NCBI RefSeq assembly: GCF_006345805.1
Contig: NC_043018.1
Span: 8,060,001-8,124,000, forward strand
DNA length: 64,000 nt
Reading direction: 5' to 3'
Source: Octopus sinensis
Lineage: Eukaryota
In this document: positions 38,266 through 50,299 of the stretch, in pieces
Numbering within the stretch: position 1 is the first letter of the stretch
Layout of the letters: each line of letters opens with the position of its first letter
The notes under the pieces: generated by a model
The model's database searches: none
Seen by the model: the letters and a program-made list of their open reading frames with translations, nothing else
What the model was told of the DNA's origin: nothing
Made by a program: the position numbers and the translations under genes

Positions 38266-40460
38266 CAGTGTTTCCCGACCAGGAGTGTGAGTGCCCAGCC
38301 TTGCAGCCAGGCACTTAATTAGTATAATACTCTCCTGTGGTTTCTCCGTTTTCTCTTGCAACAAATTGCAAGAGAAAACGTAAATATTTTGTCGAGAAAA
38401 GGGAGAAATTCTACGTCGTGATATCTGGCTGCCTCAGAAGAATACGTTAACAAATCTATTAGCAACCAACAATAACGAAATGCAAAAACAATGTATAGTC
38501 AGGGAAGGGCAACATATGGAACGCCTTTGATCACACACGCTTGAGAAAATTACATTAACAGTGATTTGCAAGTAGCAATTGTCATAAATTCAATCGTGAA
38601 TATTGTTTCATGAAACTTTAAAAAAAACTTTATCTACCTAAACGGCTGATTGTGAAAACTTTATTCATTTTGTGAAACAAGCTATCTTTATTAGAGATCT
38701 GTTAATTGTGAAAATATATGAAGTAGATGTGAAATTAATATGATATCAATTTGAATATACATATGTATATACAATTGTGAGTAACGTTGCTCTTTTTAAC
38801 CACTTTTTGTGTGTTCAAATTAAGCTAGTCTAGCCTAGCTTAAAGCCTACCATTAAATTAGGGAATTAGAGACCAGCACCCGTCGCCGCGATTATGCATG
38901 TTACCAGTTTTTGTTTTTTTTATTAATATTATTATTATTACACTTATTTCCGGATTTAATGGTATTATTATCAGTGCGTTAGGTCCCCCGTTTTTCTTCC
39001 AGTTGGCCTTATCTATATTCTTATTTCCTTTTTCAAATCATAATTTAATCATCATGTCAACAAAAAAAAAGAAAGAAAGAAGAAAGAAATGGAATGATGT
39101 GCGTTTTGGTTTCACTTTGCACAGGGAAAAACAGGATTTGCAAAAGGCTACAATGCATGCTTTGCGATACTGTGTTTCCCAACGCAAATTTGAAGCTATC
39201 TAAGCTGCAAGAACACTTCAACAACCAGCACGATGGAGCTGATGCTGTAGGCTATGATGTTGAATCATTGAAAGCTAGAAGAGCCTGTTTTGGTTCTCGA
39301 GCAACCCTTCCTAAATTAGGTTTTGTATCTGTTGATAAACTACTGCTGATGGCTTCATACCTAGTAACGTATAAAGTAGCCAAGTCCTAGAAGCCCCATA
39401 CAATTGCAAAAGAGCTTATCAAACCATATGCATTAGAAATGGCAACAGTTGTTCTGGGAAAAGAACCAAGAAGGAAGCTGGAATTAGTGCTGCTATCATC
39501 ATCATTTAGCGTCCGCTTTCCATGCTAGCATGGGTTGGACGGTTCAACTGGGGTCTGTGAAGCTGGAAGGCTTCATCAGGCCCAGTCAGATCTGGCAGTG
39601 TTTCTACAGCTGGATGCCCTTCCTAACGCCAACCATTCCGTGAGTGTAGTGGGTGCTTTTTACGTGCCATCCGCACAGGTGCCAGACAGAGTTGGCAAAC
39701 GGCCACGAACGGATGGTGCTTTTACGTGTCACCGGCACGGGGCCAGGCGAGGCTGGCAATGGACACGAACGGATGGTGCTTTTTACGTGCCACCAACACG
39801 GGGGCCAGACAGAGCTATCAAATAATGTTTTTCAGAGCCTAATTGGTGATTTGAGTTTGGATATTTTGGATTAAGTTATCACATATATCAAGACTAGTCC
39901 CTTGAAAATCCCTCTTCAGTTGGACGAAACAACTGATGTTTCAAGTTGTAATCAGCTCATCGCATTAGTGAGGTATGTCCATGATGGCACCGTAAAGGAA
40001 GATTTCCTCTTCTGCAAAGATCTGAAAACAACCATGAAAGGAGATGTGTTCCAGTTTGTGAAAAAATTCTCTCCAAAGCATGATTTAGTAATCCAAATTA
40101 TTGGTTCTGTGTGTACTGATGGTGCTCCTGCTATGCTAGGAAATAAATCTGGATTTTCTCCACTGATGAAGTGGGAGATTTCACACTTGCAAGACACCCA
40201 TGGCTTCCCTCATTGTCATGCTTCGGCATTGAAAATGTTGCCTTCAAAGTTGAAAGTCCTCAACACTTCTATAAAGATCATCAACTTGATTAGGGGTCGC
40301 ACTCTGAACCACTGCCTTTTTAAGTTGATTTGAGAAGATCTTGGAAATGAACATACAGTTTTGCTTTTCCACACAGAAGTCCACTGGATTTCATGCAGGA
40401 GAGCTTTAACTCATTTCTTTGAACTGTGAGAAGAAATCAAGGCTTTTCTGGAGGAACGTG
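38266..40460 (+). mobile_element. Decayed hAT (Buster/Charlie-type) transposon, 3'-truncated
   Basis: 5' TIR CAGTGTTTCCCGACC preceded by CTCTAAAA (central TA); ATG 39054; BED-finger QCMLC..H, KPHTIAKELIKP, LQLDETTD, VCTDGAPAMLG; stops, frameshifts and a SINE at 39499-39813 (TSD GCTATCA). Confidence 0.9.
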
Positions 40461-40469
40461 ACTAGGATT

Positions 40470-41877
40470 TGTCTCTGTCTGTTTGTCTGTCTGTTCCCAA
40501 TGCATTCTCAAACGGCTCAACCAAATCAAATCAAATTTTACATAGTAATAGCATCAGACCCCATTAACATTGGCACTGGTTCAGTATTACATGTCAAAAG
40601 TGAAAGAATAACATCTATATTGTAATGTGATGTAATATTGTTTCACTTTTAATTCTGATTATTGATATACATATAAAATGCTCCTATCTATGATAGTTAA
40701 TTTGCTTATATTTGGTTAATTTATACTGCATACAAAAATAAAGACATACTACATACATACAACTACTTACAATAATAGGGATTAATGTATAATGTTCATA
40801 ATTTTTGATATACAATATTGAAAAAAATATGCCACCAAGGAAAAGATATAATCTCTCCAGAAACAAGTATAAAGCAAGGAGGATTGTAGAAAACCAAAGG
40901 TGAGAGACTGAAGAGAGAAAGGAGATGAGACTTTCTCAAGCTCAGCAAACACATGCTGTAGTACGTCAAGTGGAGTCTCAAGACAGAAACGAGATGAGAC
41001 TTTCTCAGTATCAGCAAAGGTATACTGCAGCACATCAGATGGAGTCTCAAGAGAAAGGGAGATGAGACTTTTTCAAGATCAGCAAATGCATGCTGCAACA
41101 CTTATAGACAGCGGTCCAATAGGAGATCTCTCAGAAACAGACTACGTACAAATTCGTTCTTCACAACTCCTGGAACTGCTTTCAGATATGATCCATCCCA
41201 TTCTTGTAAAAATGATAATTTTGTCCAAATTGGTGTGCTAAACTCAAATTGTCATTTCTGAAAAACTTCAAAATTTCCAAATGAAACTAATGGCATGTGC
41301 TGTTCAGGCGGTAAGGTAAGATTGCCAGCACTACCAGCTCCTCTCAACCTCTTTTAGATCTTCAGGTAGGCACTTCCATCCACTCAAAAGATTTTTTTAA
41401 CAATATCAGACAATACAACTCTGCATTTCAAATGACATCTTTTGGTACATCTAAGGAGATGGATTTACGCCAATGTTCAAAGTTCAAGGGCAAGTCTATC
41501 ACCGAATTGGTTCCCTGTTACTCACAAATGAGTATGAGTGATGTAGGACAACAAACCCTAAAGAGGTGTAAAAACCTCAAAGGTGGGTCATGTTAGACGC
41601 AGCACTGACTGCCACAAAGGAGAGTATATCCACTGACTGCTTTTCGGTGCATTCAAAAATCATATACCCCCCCCCAATTTTTCATGACAGGTTAGGGCCT
41701 GAAATACTCCAAACAGAAGCATAGCATGTTGCCTAGTCGAATTAGCCCATCATTTACTTCAAATGTTTTGTGGTCAATGCTGCACTTTCCCGTATCACCT
41801 GTTTCAATATAACTATACACACACACACACACACACTATGCCATTTTATCCCGAGCAACGCCGGGTATCTCTGCTCG
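40470..41877 (+). mobile_element. Decayed autonomous-type Helitron with N-terminal RepHel coding remnants
   Basis: ATG 40829 MPPRKR; charged repeats; frameshifted MCCSGGKVRLP, NIRQYNSAFQMTSFG and FKVQGQVYHRIGSL motifs; 3' CCCGAGCAACGCCGGG hairpin with CTCG (degenerate CTAG). Confidence 0.85.
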
Positions 41878-42220
41878 TATAATTATATATTTCTATATAT
41901 GAATTTTATCTAAGAGTATTTTTATGCTGGCCACTGACAAAATTCATTAATTTTAATGATTTTATCCTTTACTAATACATCTGTTTGTTTTGTACACCAC
42001 CTGTATTCGTCTTTTGTTTTTTTCGTAAACTTTCCCTATATATATATAAAATGAGATAGGGGTTGTACATTCAACCCTCCATGGGATAACATATATCCAA
42101 TATACTGCTAGAGAAGTACCCAACAAAGCTAATACATAAATGTTAAAAACTGCGATGCAATTAATTCATTTACTGTATTAGGTGGGCAAAGGTAAAATTA
42201 TTTTTACCGTAAATTAATAA

Positions 42221-42569
42221 TACAAAATGAGAAAATGGAGAAATATATCTAAATCAATCATCAACTATCAGATAATACCGAATCATATACTTTATTAAAA
42301 ACACTACACAATAGCAATGAGATTAGACATTAATACAGTACAATAATTACAATCAATATGGTGAGATATAACTAAATAAATATAACAAACTATAAAAATA
42401 CATTGTTATATTTATCTAGTTATATCTCACCATATTAATTGTAATTATTGTACTGTATCAATGTCTAATCTCATTGCTATTGTGTAGTGTTTTAATAAAG
42501 TATATGATTCGGTATTATCTGATAGTTGATGATTGATTTAGATATATTTCTCCATTTTCTCATTTTGTA
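42221..42569. repeat. ~165-bp-arm inverted repeat in a (TA)n-flanked, Penelope-like element
   Basis: TACAAAATGAGAAAATGG...TATAACAAA mirrored by TTGTTATA...CCATTTTCTCATTTTGTA; same family as ~58960-59400. Confidence 0.8.
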
Positions 42570-42798
42570 TATATATATATATATATATATATACACGCAC
42601 ACATATTTTCTTCTAAATGTATTAATTTACAACTGCATCCCCCGTCCTCGGTATTTTTAGCAAAGTACAAAGTATTGAAACCGGCACAAAGTTCACGAGA
42701 CGCAGCAATTTATTATATTCTAAATTAAAACAATAACAATAATAAAAAATGATTCTACCCAGATACGAAAATAAAAACGTCAACCCATTTTCGGCTGA

Positions 42799-42827
42799 TT
42801 TGGCGGGAGTTTTGCAGACAGCACGTG
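42799..42827 (+). promoter_or_regulatory. Candidate E2F-like site and E-box upstream of the UNG start
   Basis: TTTGGCGGGA (42799-42808) and CACGTG (42822-42827), 57-85 nt upstream of the ATG in a locally CpG-richer stretch. Motif match only. Confidence 0.35.
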
Positions 42828-42883
42828 GTGGTTTGTGTTTATCTCTCGAGCTTATCTCTGTTGTCAATTTATCTGTAATCGCG

Positions 42884-42958
42884 ATGCCCGGACAAGTCAA
42901 AATATCTTCGTTTTTTACTCCTTCGCCTGCAATGAAACGAGCCAGGAGCCCTTCCCCG
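42884..42958 (+). CDS. UNG: UNG exon 1 (nuclear UNG2-like N-terminus with PIP box)
   Basis: MPGQVKISSFFTPSPAMKRARSPSP: QxxIxxFF PCNA-interacting motif like human MIGQKTLYSFFSPSPARKR; donor CCG|GTAAGT, 75 nt phase 0. Confidence 0.88.
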
Positions 42959-43243
42959 GTAAGTTGAAGAAACAATAAGAATGTTTTAATAAGTTTTAGC
43001 TTCAGTTTATTATTTTTAAATGTCCCCAGACAGTGTGTTTATAGTTAATGAGGTTTTTAGTTAACACAGGTGCCTCCCGCCTAAATTTTTTCCTCACAAC
43101 TTGCAGAAAAATTGATATTTCTGAATGAAATTTTCTACAAATACGTTTCAGATGGTGTGGATTCCGGTTATATCGGAATTTTTCGTGAAAAACATTTCCG
43201 TGGCTGCGGAGAAAAGTTTCGGAAATTTTACGGATAAAAACAC

Positions 43244-43290
<47 letters not shown>

Positions 43291-43296
43291 TACATG

Positions 43297-43342
<46 letters not shown>

Positions 43343-43549
43343 CACGTGTGTGCATATATATATGCACTCACACACATATATATCTGGTTTGCTTTGTACA
43401 CCACCTGTCTTCGTCTTTTGTTGTTTTTATTTCGTAAACTCTCCCTATATATATATTCTAATAACAAAGGGTAAAATTAATTAATGGCAATAATTTCACC
43501 AAACTTCGATATGTCGTGAAGCAAATCTTTGCTGAACCCTAATTATAAA

Positions 43550-43594
<45 letters not shown>

Positions 43595-44639
43595 ATAAAT
43601 TATAAAGTATATATATATATATATGATATGTCTTTTGATAGTGTGTGCGTGTATGTATATATATATACATACATACACACACACACTATCAAAAGATAGT
43701 CTCATCTAATTGCTCTCTGTCTCTTACCCTTCCCCCAAAATTCTTCAATTTTGACTTTTTTTCCCCTAACACTGACCCTAACCATAATGTCCGTAATTTT
43801 GTGCATATTTAGAAAAAAAATTCAGAAGTAAGTGAAAAATGAAGGAAATGGGATGGGGTAATTTAAAAATGCCTTTTTGTTTTGCACATTTGTATTCCCC
43901 GTTGCCGAAGAGTTGGGGGTTGTGTCGAAAAAATTTTTTGCTTCAGTCATTCGACTGCGGCCGTAGTGGGGCACCACCTTGAATGGCTTAGTCGAATAAA
44001 TCGTCCCAAGTAACTTATTCTCTAAGTCTGTCTCTTATTCCATCGGTTTCGTTTGTGAAACTGCTAATTCACGGAACGTCAACCAACCAGCACTGGTTGT
44101 CAAACAGTGGATGAGGGACACGTGTGTGTGTATATGTGGTAAGTAGCTTGCTTACGAACCACATGGTTCCGGGTTCAGTCCCACTGCGTGGAACCTTGGG
44201 CAAGTGTCTTCTACTATAGCCTCGGGCCGACCAAAGCCTTCTGAGTGGATTTGGTAGACGGAAACTGAAAGAAGCCCGTCGTATATATGTGTATGTTTGT
44301 GTGTCTGTGTTTGTCCCCCCAACATCGCTTGACAACCGATGCTGGTGTGTTTACGTCCCCGTCACTTAGCGGTTCGGCAAAAGAGACCGATAGAATAAGT
44401 ATTAGGCTTACAAAGAATATGTCCTGGGGTCGAGTTGCTCGATTAAAGGCGGTGCTCCAGCATGGCCGCAGTCAAATGACTGAAACACGTAAAAGAGAAA
44501 GGAGATTGGCACAGTTGTTGGAGCATCAGACTAATTGCTAATGATTTTTGTTCTGGTATTTTACATTCCGAGTTCAAATCCTGCTTAAATCAACTTTGCC
44601 TTTCGTCTAGGGTCATTAAAAATAAAGGACCAATTAACT

Positions 44640-45135
44640 ACTGGTGTTGAGCAGGGTCTGGAAGAGTAGAGACATCAGACTCGCTACCAAATGCAGATTG
44701 GTGAATGCAATTGTCTTCCCAATAGCAACATATGGATGCGATACCTGGACACTAAAGAAAGCTGACCAGAAGAGAATTAATGCATTCGAGCTTTGGTGTT
44801 GGAGAAGACTTTTACAGATTCCATGGACAGCGAGGCTCACCAATGGAGAAGTTCTTAAGCAGATAAGGCCAAAAATGTCGCTAGAAGCTGGGATCACCAA
44901 GCGTAGATTGGCATATTTCGGTCATGTTATGCGGAGAAAATCTCTGGAGAAGGACATCATGCTCGGAATGGTCAGTGGCAAGAGAGGAAGAGGCCGACCA
45001 AGAACCCGCTGGCTTGACACCATCAAGAGTGATACCGGAATGGACATAGCCAATCTGAAAGAAGTGGCCCAGGAGAGAACTGACTGGAGGACACTGATCC
45101 ATCGAGTAAATGAGAGTCGACTTTGACTGAGCGGA
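44640..45135 (+). mobile_element. RTE (BovB-like) LINE 3' fragment
   Basis: TKCRLVNAIVFPIATYGCDTWT...CWRRLLQIPWTAR...YFGHVMRR...GKRGRGRPRTRWLD. Confidence 0.92.
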
Positions 45136-45234
45136 TAAATAGATAGATAGTTGATCTAATTATACCCATCACCTCAAATTTTCAGCCTCAGCTGTGTTAA
45201 AAATTATTATCTGCATGCCATTCTTGTATTTCAG

Positions 45235-45434
45235 GTTTCCAAAATCAGTGAAAATGGGGAGAACTGCCCCCATCACCATCTCTATCTGAAGACCAACGTG
45301 CCAAAATTGAACAGAATCGGTTAGAAGCCCTTGCTAAACGCCAAAAGAGTATCTCAGATGGTTTGTTGGTGGATGTTGGTGATTCCTGGTTCAAACTTCT
45401 GGAACCAGAAACCAAAAAAGATTATTTTCAATCG
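45235..45434 (+). CDS. UNG: UNG exon 2 (RPA-binding helix; apparent 1-nt deletion at C5 45267-45271)
   Basis: TTTCAG acceptor; VSKISENGENCP then, after a frame change, PSPSLSEDQRAKIEQNRLEALAKRQKSISDGLLVDVGDSWFKLLEPETKKDYFQS (human SPLSAEQLDRIQRNKAAAL...GESWKKHLSGEFGKPYFIK); 200 nt where phase 0/0 requires 201. Confidence 0.9.
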
Positions 45435-45780
45435 GTATTATTTATTTATTATGAGTTTTTTTCTTTCAATTTTTTTCTGCTCCTTTCTCCTAGCCAATTA
45501 ATTGTTCATGTCTTCCCAACACCTAGGGCAAAAAAAAAAACCTCACTGTATACATTAATAGGCCAAAGTCAAATAAAGTTTTGTAGAAAGAAGAAAAAAT
45601 TATCTATATAATAGGCGCAGGAGTGGCTGTGTGGTAAGAAGCTTGCTTACCAACCACATGGTTCCGAGTTCAGTCCCACTGCGTGGCACCTTGAGCAAGT
45701 GTCTTCTACTCTAGCCTTGGGCCGACTAAAGCCTTGTGAGTGGATTTGGTAAACGGAAACTGAAAGAAGCCCGTCGTATA

Positions 45781-45834
<54 letters not shown>

Positions 45835-46059
45835 TGTATGTGTGTGTATGTTTGTGTTCCCCTAACATTGCTTGACAACTGGTGCTGGTGTATTTACATC
45901 CCCGTAACTTATAAGTACTAGGCTTAGAATAAGTACTAGGCTTACTAAGAATAAGTCCTGGGGGTCGATTTGCTCAACTAAAGGCAGTGCTCCAGCATGG
46001 CCACAGTCAAACGACTGAAACAAGCAAAACAGTATATAGGTTATCGTTCCCACAGTGAC

Positions 46060-46560
46060 TGGCTCTTCTCAATACATGTGACCAACCAGTTAAGACAATC
46101 TTTTGCACTTCTTGCAGGAATCATTCTCAAAAAAGTTCCTTTTTTGGTCATTCCTATTGGTCCTGCAATCACTGATATTGAAATTGCCTTGAGATGCCAC
46201 TGTTCTTTTTTTTTTTTTCATTGAACAAATCTTTATATTTTCTGAACTCATCAAATTTGCTGAGATATGATCACAAGGAACGCACTCGTCAAACAATAAA
46301 CGGACTTTAATGTTTTGGTCTCTCACAGCAACATCTGGTTTATTAGCTTTGGTGATTCTGTCAGTATCTACAGGAAAGTTCCAAAGAATTGTATCTTTTC
46401 CCAACATATTAACCAGTGTTAATGTCATGAATTGATTTATATCCAACTGGTGCTAAAACTTCACATCCAGAGATTCAGTGGTCCACTGTTTTAATTTCAT
46501 CGTTGCAAAATTGGCATTTTGGATCTACTCTATTTTTCAAGACATTGGCTTGGTAGTTCC
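46060..46560 (-). mobile_element. R4/Dong-like (RLE) LINE fragment
   Basis: TILWNFPVDTDRITKANKPDVAVRD (KPD endonuclease motif). Confidence 0.78.
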
Positions 46561-47201
46561 GAGTCAGTAAGCATTAACCCTTTCGTTACTGTATTTATTT
46601 TGAGATGCTCTGTGTTTCTTTCAATTACTTTAAATATAACAAAGAATTTAGTAAAATAACTTAGTTATCATTCAGCTAGTGTTAGGAACATAAATTGTGA
46701 CTGAGATTTGCTGGAAGATTTTAATTCCAAACTTATGAAAACAAGACATTTGTACTACAGAGCCAAAGCCAGTTTCAGCCGGGTTGGTAACAAAAGGGTT
46801 AATGTTGAGCAGTTAAGATAAAGCCACTACCCTCTGCCTTTAGCCCCTGAGCTTTGTAGCCACTAATACGTGTGCTTCTGGTTACATCAGCTTGTTTGTT
46901 ACAAGCCACATATTTGCCATGCAGAGGTTTCCGCTCCTTTCTCTTAGCCAATTAATTGTTTGTGTGCTTTTCTCTTTGCCATTAATTTTACCTTCTTTGC
47001 AACTCGCTATGCAAGTACATCTCCGTAATAAATATAAATAAATGAATAAGAATTCCATTTCACTGAATAATCTGAATGTTAAATGGTTAAATGATATTTT
47101 TTTTTTTTAAGATGCTGATGAAGAATGTTATGGCTATTATTTTATTTTATATTTTGTATTGCTAAAAGGTTTATCTTTTCATCACTTTTATTGTAAAACA
47201 G

Positions 47202-47297
47202 CTGTCAAAGTTTGTTGCTGCTGAGAGAAACAAGCACACCATCTACCCTCCAGCCAACGAAGTGTTTTCATGGACTCAGTTGTGTCCCCTTAAAGAT
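47202..47297 (+). CDS. UNG: UNG exon 3
   Basis: LSKFVAAERNKHTIYPPANEVFSWTQLCPLKD; AAACAG acceptor, GAT|GTAAGT donor; 96 nt phase 0/0. Confidence 0.95.
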
Positions 47298-47384
47298 GTA
47301 AGTCTAGCACTCTTCGTTCCTCCTCCTCCCTTTCTTTAATGGTGTCTTTCAGACAACACTAATATAGAGTTGGTCCTCTGTGCA

Positions 47385-47429
<45 letters not shown>

Positions 47430-47679
47430 CATCATCATCATTTAGCGTCTGTTTTCCATGCTAGCATGAGTTGGACGGTTCAACTGGGGTCTGGGAAGCC
47501 AGAAGGCTGCACTAGGCCGAGTCTGATCTGGCAGAGTTTCTACGGCTGGATGCCTTTCCTAACGCCAACCACTCCGTGAGTGTAGTGGGTGCTTTTTACG
47601 TGCCAGGCATGGCTGGCGAACGGCCACGGTTGGATAGTGCTTTTTACGTGTGAGGCGAGACTGGCAACGGCCACGATCG

Positions 47680-48010
47680 GATGTTTAGAATGGCACTCAA
47701 TGTCTCCTGGAAGAGTCATACAACAAATGCTGACTTGTACCAGGGACTACCAAAAGTAACATTGAAGATACAGCATAGAAGGAGGAGGCTAGCTGGACAC
47801 TGCGTCAGACACACTGATGAAATTGCTAACAAGCTAGTGCTCTGGCAGCCAACAAGAAGGAAGACGACCTACATCGACAACTTGCTGGAGGTTACTGGTA
47901 TGGAAGGGGTACAGGAGCTGAGGACCATTATGGAAGATCGAGATGAATGGGAAAAAACGTGTGGAAACAGTCTTGGGGTGTCCTATGGGATGACCTAGAT
48001 GAGATGAGAT
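47680..48010 (+). mobile_element. RTE-like LINE 3' fragment
   Basis: MFRMALNVSWKSH...RRRLAGHCVRH...LVLWQP. Confidence 0.8.
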
Positions 48011-48273
48011 TCTGTTCTGGTTCATTTAGAAAAATAAAAATTTATTTTATGGTTTATTTTTGTTTATATTTTGAATTGCATGTGTGTGTGTGGGCACCAA
48101 AATGTTCTAGGTGCTTAGGGCCTCTATAGGTCTTGATCTGGCCCTACCCACCCCTTCCGAAAGACTAAAAATTATACAAGTACAGCATTGATTTTCTGAA
48201 TGACTGGCTTTCCAAACCAAGTACAGTCACCTTGGACATCATGCTTTAAACAAATATTAAATTTACTTAAATA

Positions 48274-48745
48274 TGAAATGTAGGCACCTTAAATATGACA
48301 CGCAGGTACCTTAGACATGACACGCAGGTACCTTAGACACGACACGCAGGTACCTTATACATGGCATGCAGGTACCTTAGACACGTCACGCAGGTACCTT
48401 AGACACGTCACGCAGGTACCTTAGACACGACACGCAGGTACCTTATACATGGCACGCAGGTACCTTAGACACGTCACGCAGGTACCTTAGACACGTCACG
48501 CAGGTACCTTAGACACGGCACGCAGGTACCTTAGACACGGCAAGCAGGTACCTTAGACACGGCAAGCGGGTACCTTAGACACGGCAAGCGGGTACCTTAG
48601 ACACGGCACGCGGGTACCTTAGACACGGCACGCGGGTACCTTAGACACGGCACGCGGGTACCTTAGACACGGCACGCGGGTACCTTAGACATGACACGCA
48701 GGTACCTTAGACACGACACGCAGGTACCTTAAATATGAAATGCAG
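48274..48745. repeat. 22-bp minisatellite (~21 units)
   Basis: Consensus YGRCACGCRGGTACCTTAGACA; 20 units 48296-48735 plus degenerate edge units. Confidence 0.95.
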
Positions 48746-49002
48746 ATAGCAGTACATAAATATAAATATTACAAGTTTATTAATGCTGTCCTGTGCAAGA
48801 TACCGTTAAACAGGGATGCCCAGTTAACTAGCCTATTGGCCATGGGAATTTGAAGTCGCAGCTTGTAAATTAGTGCAGGTTATAAGAGGTTCTGGACCCT
48901 CTGTGTCTGAAAAGTCAGTGTTGCACCTGTATTTACTTGAGTAAATATGATGAGTTGTAAAATTCTTCCAAGAAACTCTTTGAGTTCCATTTCTATTTTC
49001 AG

Positions 49003-49057
49003 ATTAAAGTAATCATTGTGGGACAAGACCCTTACCATGGCAAGAACCAAGCTCATG
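49003..49057 (+). CDS. UNG: UNG exon 4 (catalytic GQDPYH water-activating loop)
   Basis: IKVIIVGQDPYHGKNQAH(G); TTTCAG acceptor, G|GTAAGA donor; 55 nt phase 0/1. Confidence 0.96.
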
Positions 49058-49954
49058 GTAAGACAAATGTTTATCATCACATTAACGATGCTTACTGTAG
49101 TTATTATTTATCCTAAGTCAGTTTTGAAATAAATCTTGTATTAAAAAGGGATTTCCCATCTTGGCAGATACTGGTCTCCTACTTCCCCTCATCGTTTAGC
49201 ATCCGCTTTCCATGCTAGCATGGGTTGGACGGTTCAACTGGAGTCTGGGAAGCCAGAAGGCTGCTCCAGGCTCCAGTCTGATCTGGCAATGTTTCTACGG
49301 CTGGATGCCCTTCCTAACGCCAACCACTCCGTGAGTGTAGTGGGTGCTTTTTACGTGCCACTGGCACAGGTGCCAGACGAGGCTGGCAAACAGTCACAAT
49401 CGGATGGTGCTTTTTACGTGCCACTGGCATGGGGGCCAGGCGAGGCTGGCACGTGGTGGGTGTATTTAAGGATTGAGATGGGGACAGCTAAGTGGCTAAC
49501 ATTTTCATTGTTTTAATGTCTACTTTTCCTTGCTTGCTTGCATAGGGTAGATTGAATTTGTTGAGGTAGTCTTATGGCTGGATAACCTTCCTAGTGTCAA
49601 CCGTCGCCTCTTTCCAAACATCGTATTTCCCCATGGTTGGGCATGCTTCCATGGAAGATCAGAAACAAAGGACACTGCTTGTATGACGGGGACATTCGTT
49701 TACAACCATCATACAATGTCAAGGCATCACACACCCACATCGTTGTCATGAGCATTTAACATCCACTTTTCCGGCTTCTTTCAGTTTCCGTCTACCAAAT
49801 CTAATGTTTGAATTGGACTGGAACTATTGTAGAAGATACTTGCCAAAGGTACCACACAGTGGGACTGAACCTAAAACCATATGATTGGGAAGTAAGCTTC
49901 TAAACCACACAGCTATGTCTTTGTTCTCTCTCTCTCACTCTCACCCCTCTTCCC

Positions 49955-49987
<33 letters not shown>

Positions 49988-49989
49988 GT

Positions 49990-50285
49990 GGAGGCGCAAT
50001 GGCCCAGTGGTTAGGGCAGTGGACTCGCAGTTGTAGGATCGCGGTTTCGATCCCCAGACCGGGCGTTGTGAGTGTTTATTGAGCGAAAACACCTAAAAGC
50101 TCCACGAGGCTCCGACAAGGAGTGGTGATCCCTGCTGTACTCTTTCACCACTCTTTCTCCCACTCTTTCTTCTGTTGGCCTGCTCGCTTAGACAGCGGGG
50201 TGGCGTCATTCGAAGGCTAAAACAATGCGAACGCATTGTGACCAGCGATGTGTAACTACATCTGATGGACTGGTCAGTCACGTGA
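49990..50285 (+). mobile_element. tRNA-headed SINE (GGCGCAATGGCCCAGTGG family)
   Basis: A-box TGGCCCAGTGG, B-box GGTTTCGATCCC. Further copies near 10100-10425, 23850-24065, 55905-56190. Confidence 0.78.
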
Positions 50286-50299
50286 TATATATATATATA

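Noticed and set aside
42622-42975. 117-aa minus-strand ORF over the UNG promoter and exon 1
   Set aside because: No recognisable homology; antisense shadow of the GC-richer first exon.
45260-45262. Alternative acceptor or A-to-I editing rescuing the UNG frame
   Set aside because: The AG at 45260-45261 has a purine-rich upstream and needs a phase-1 donor, whereas exon 1 is phase 0; editing cannot fix an indel.
48296-48735. CRISPR-like array
   Set aside because: Units are contiguous with no unique spacers, no cas genes, and the context is a eukaryotic intron.
49990-50065. tRNA gene
   Set aside because: The A/B boxes are the head of a multi-copy SINE and continue into the SINE body; other tRNA-like heads in the window are the same.
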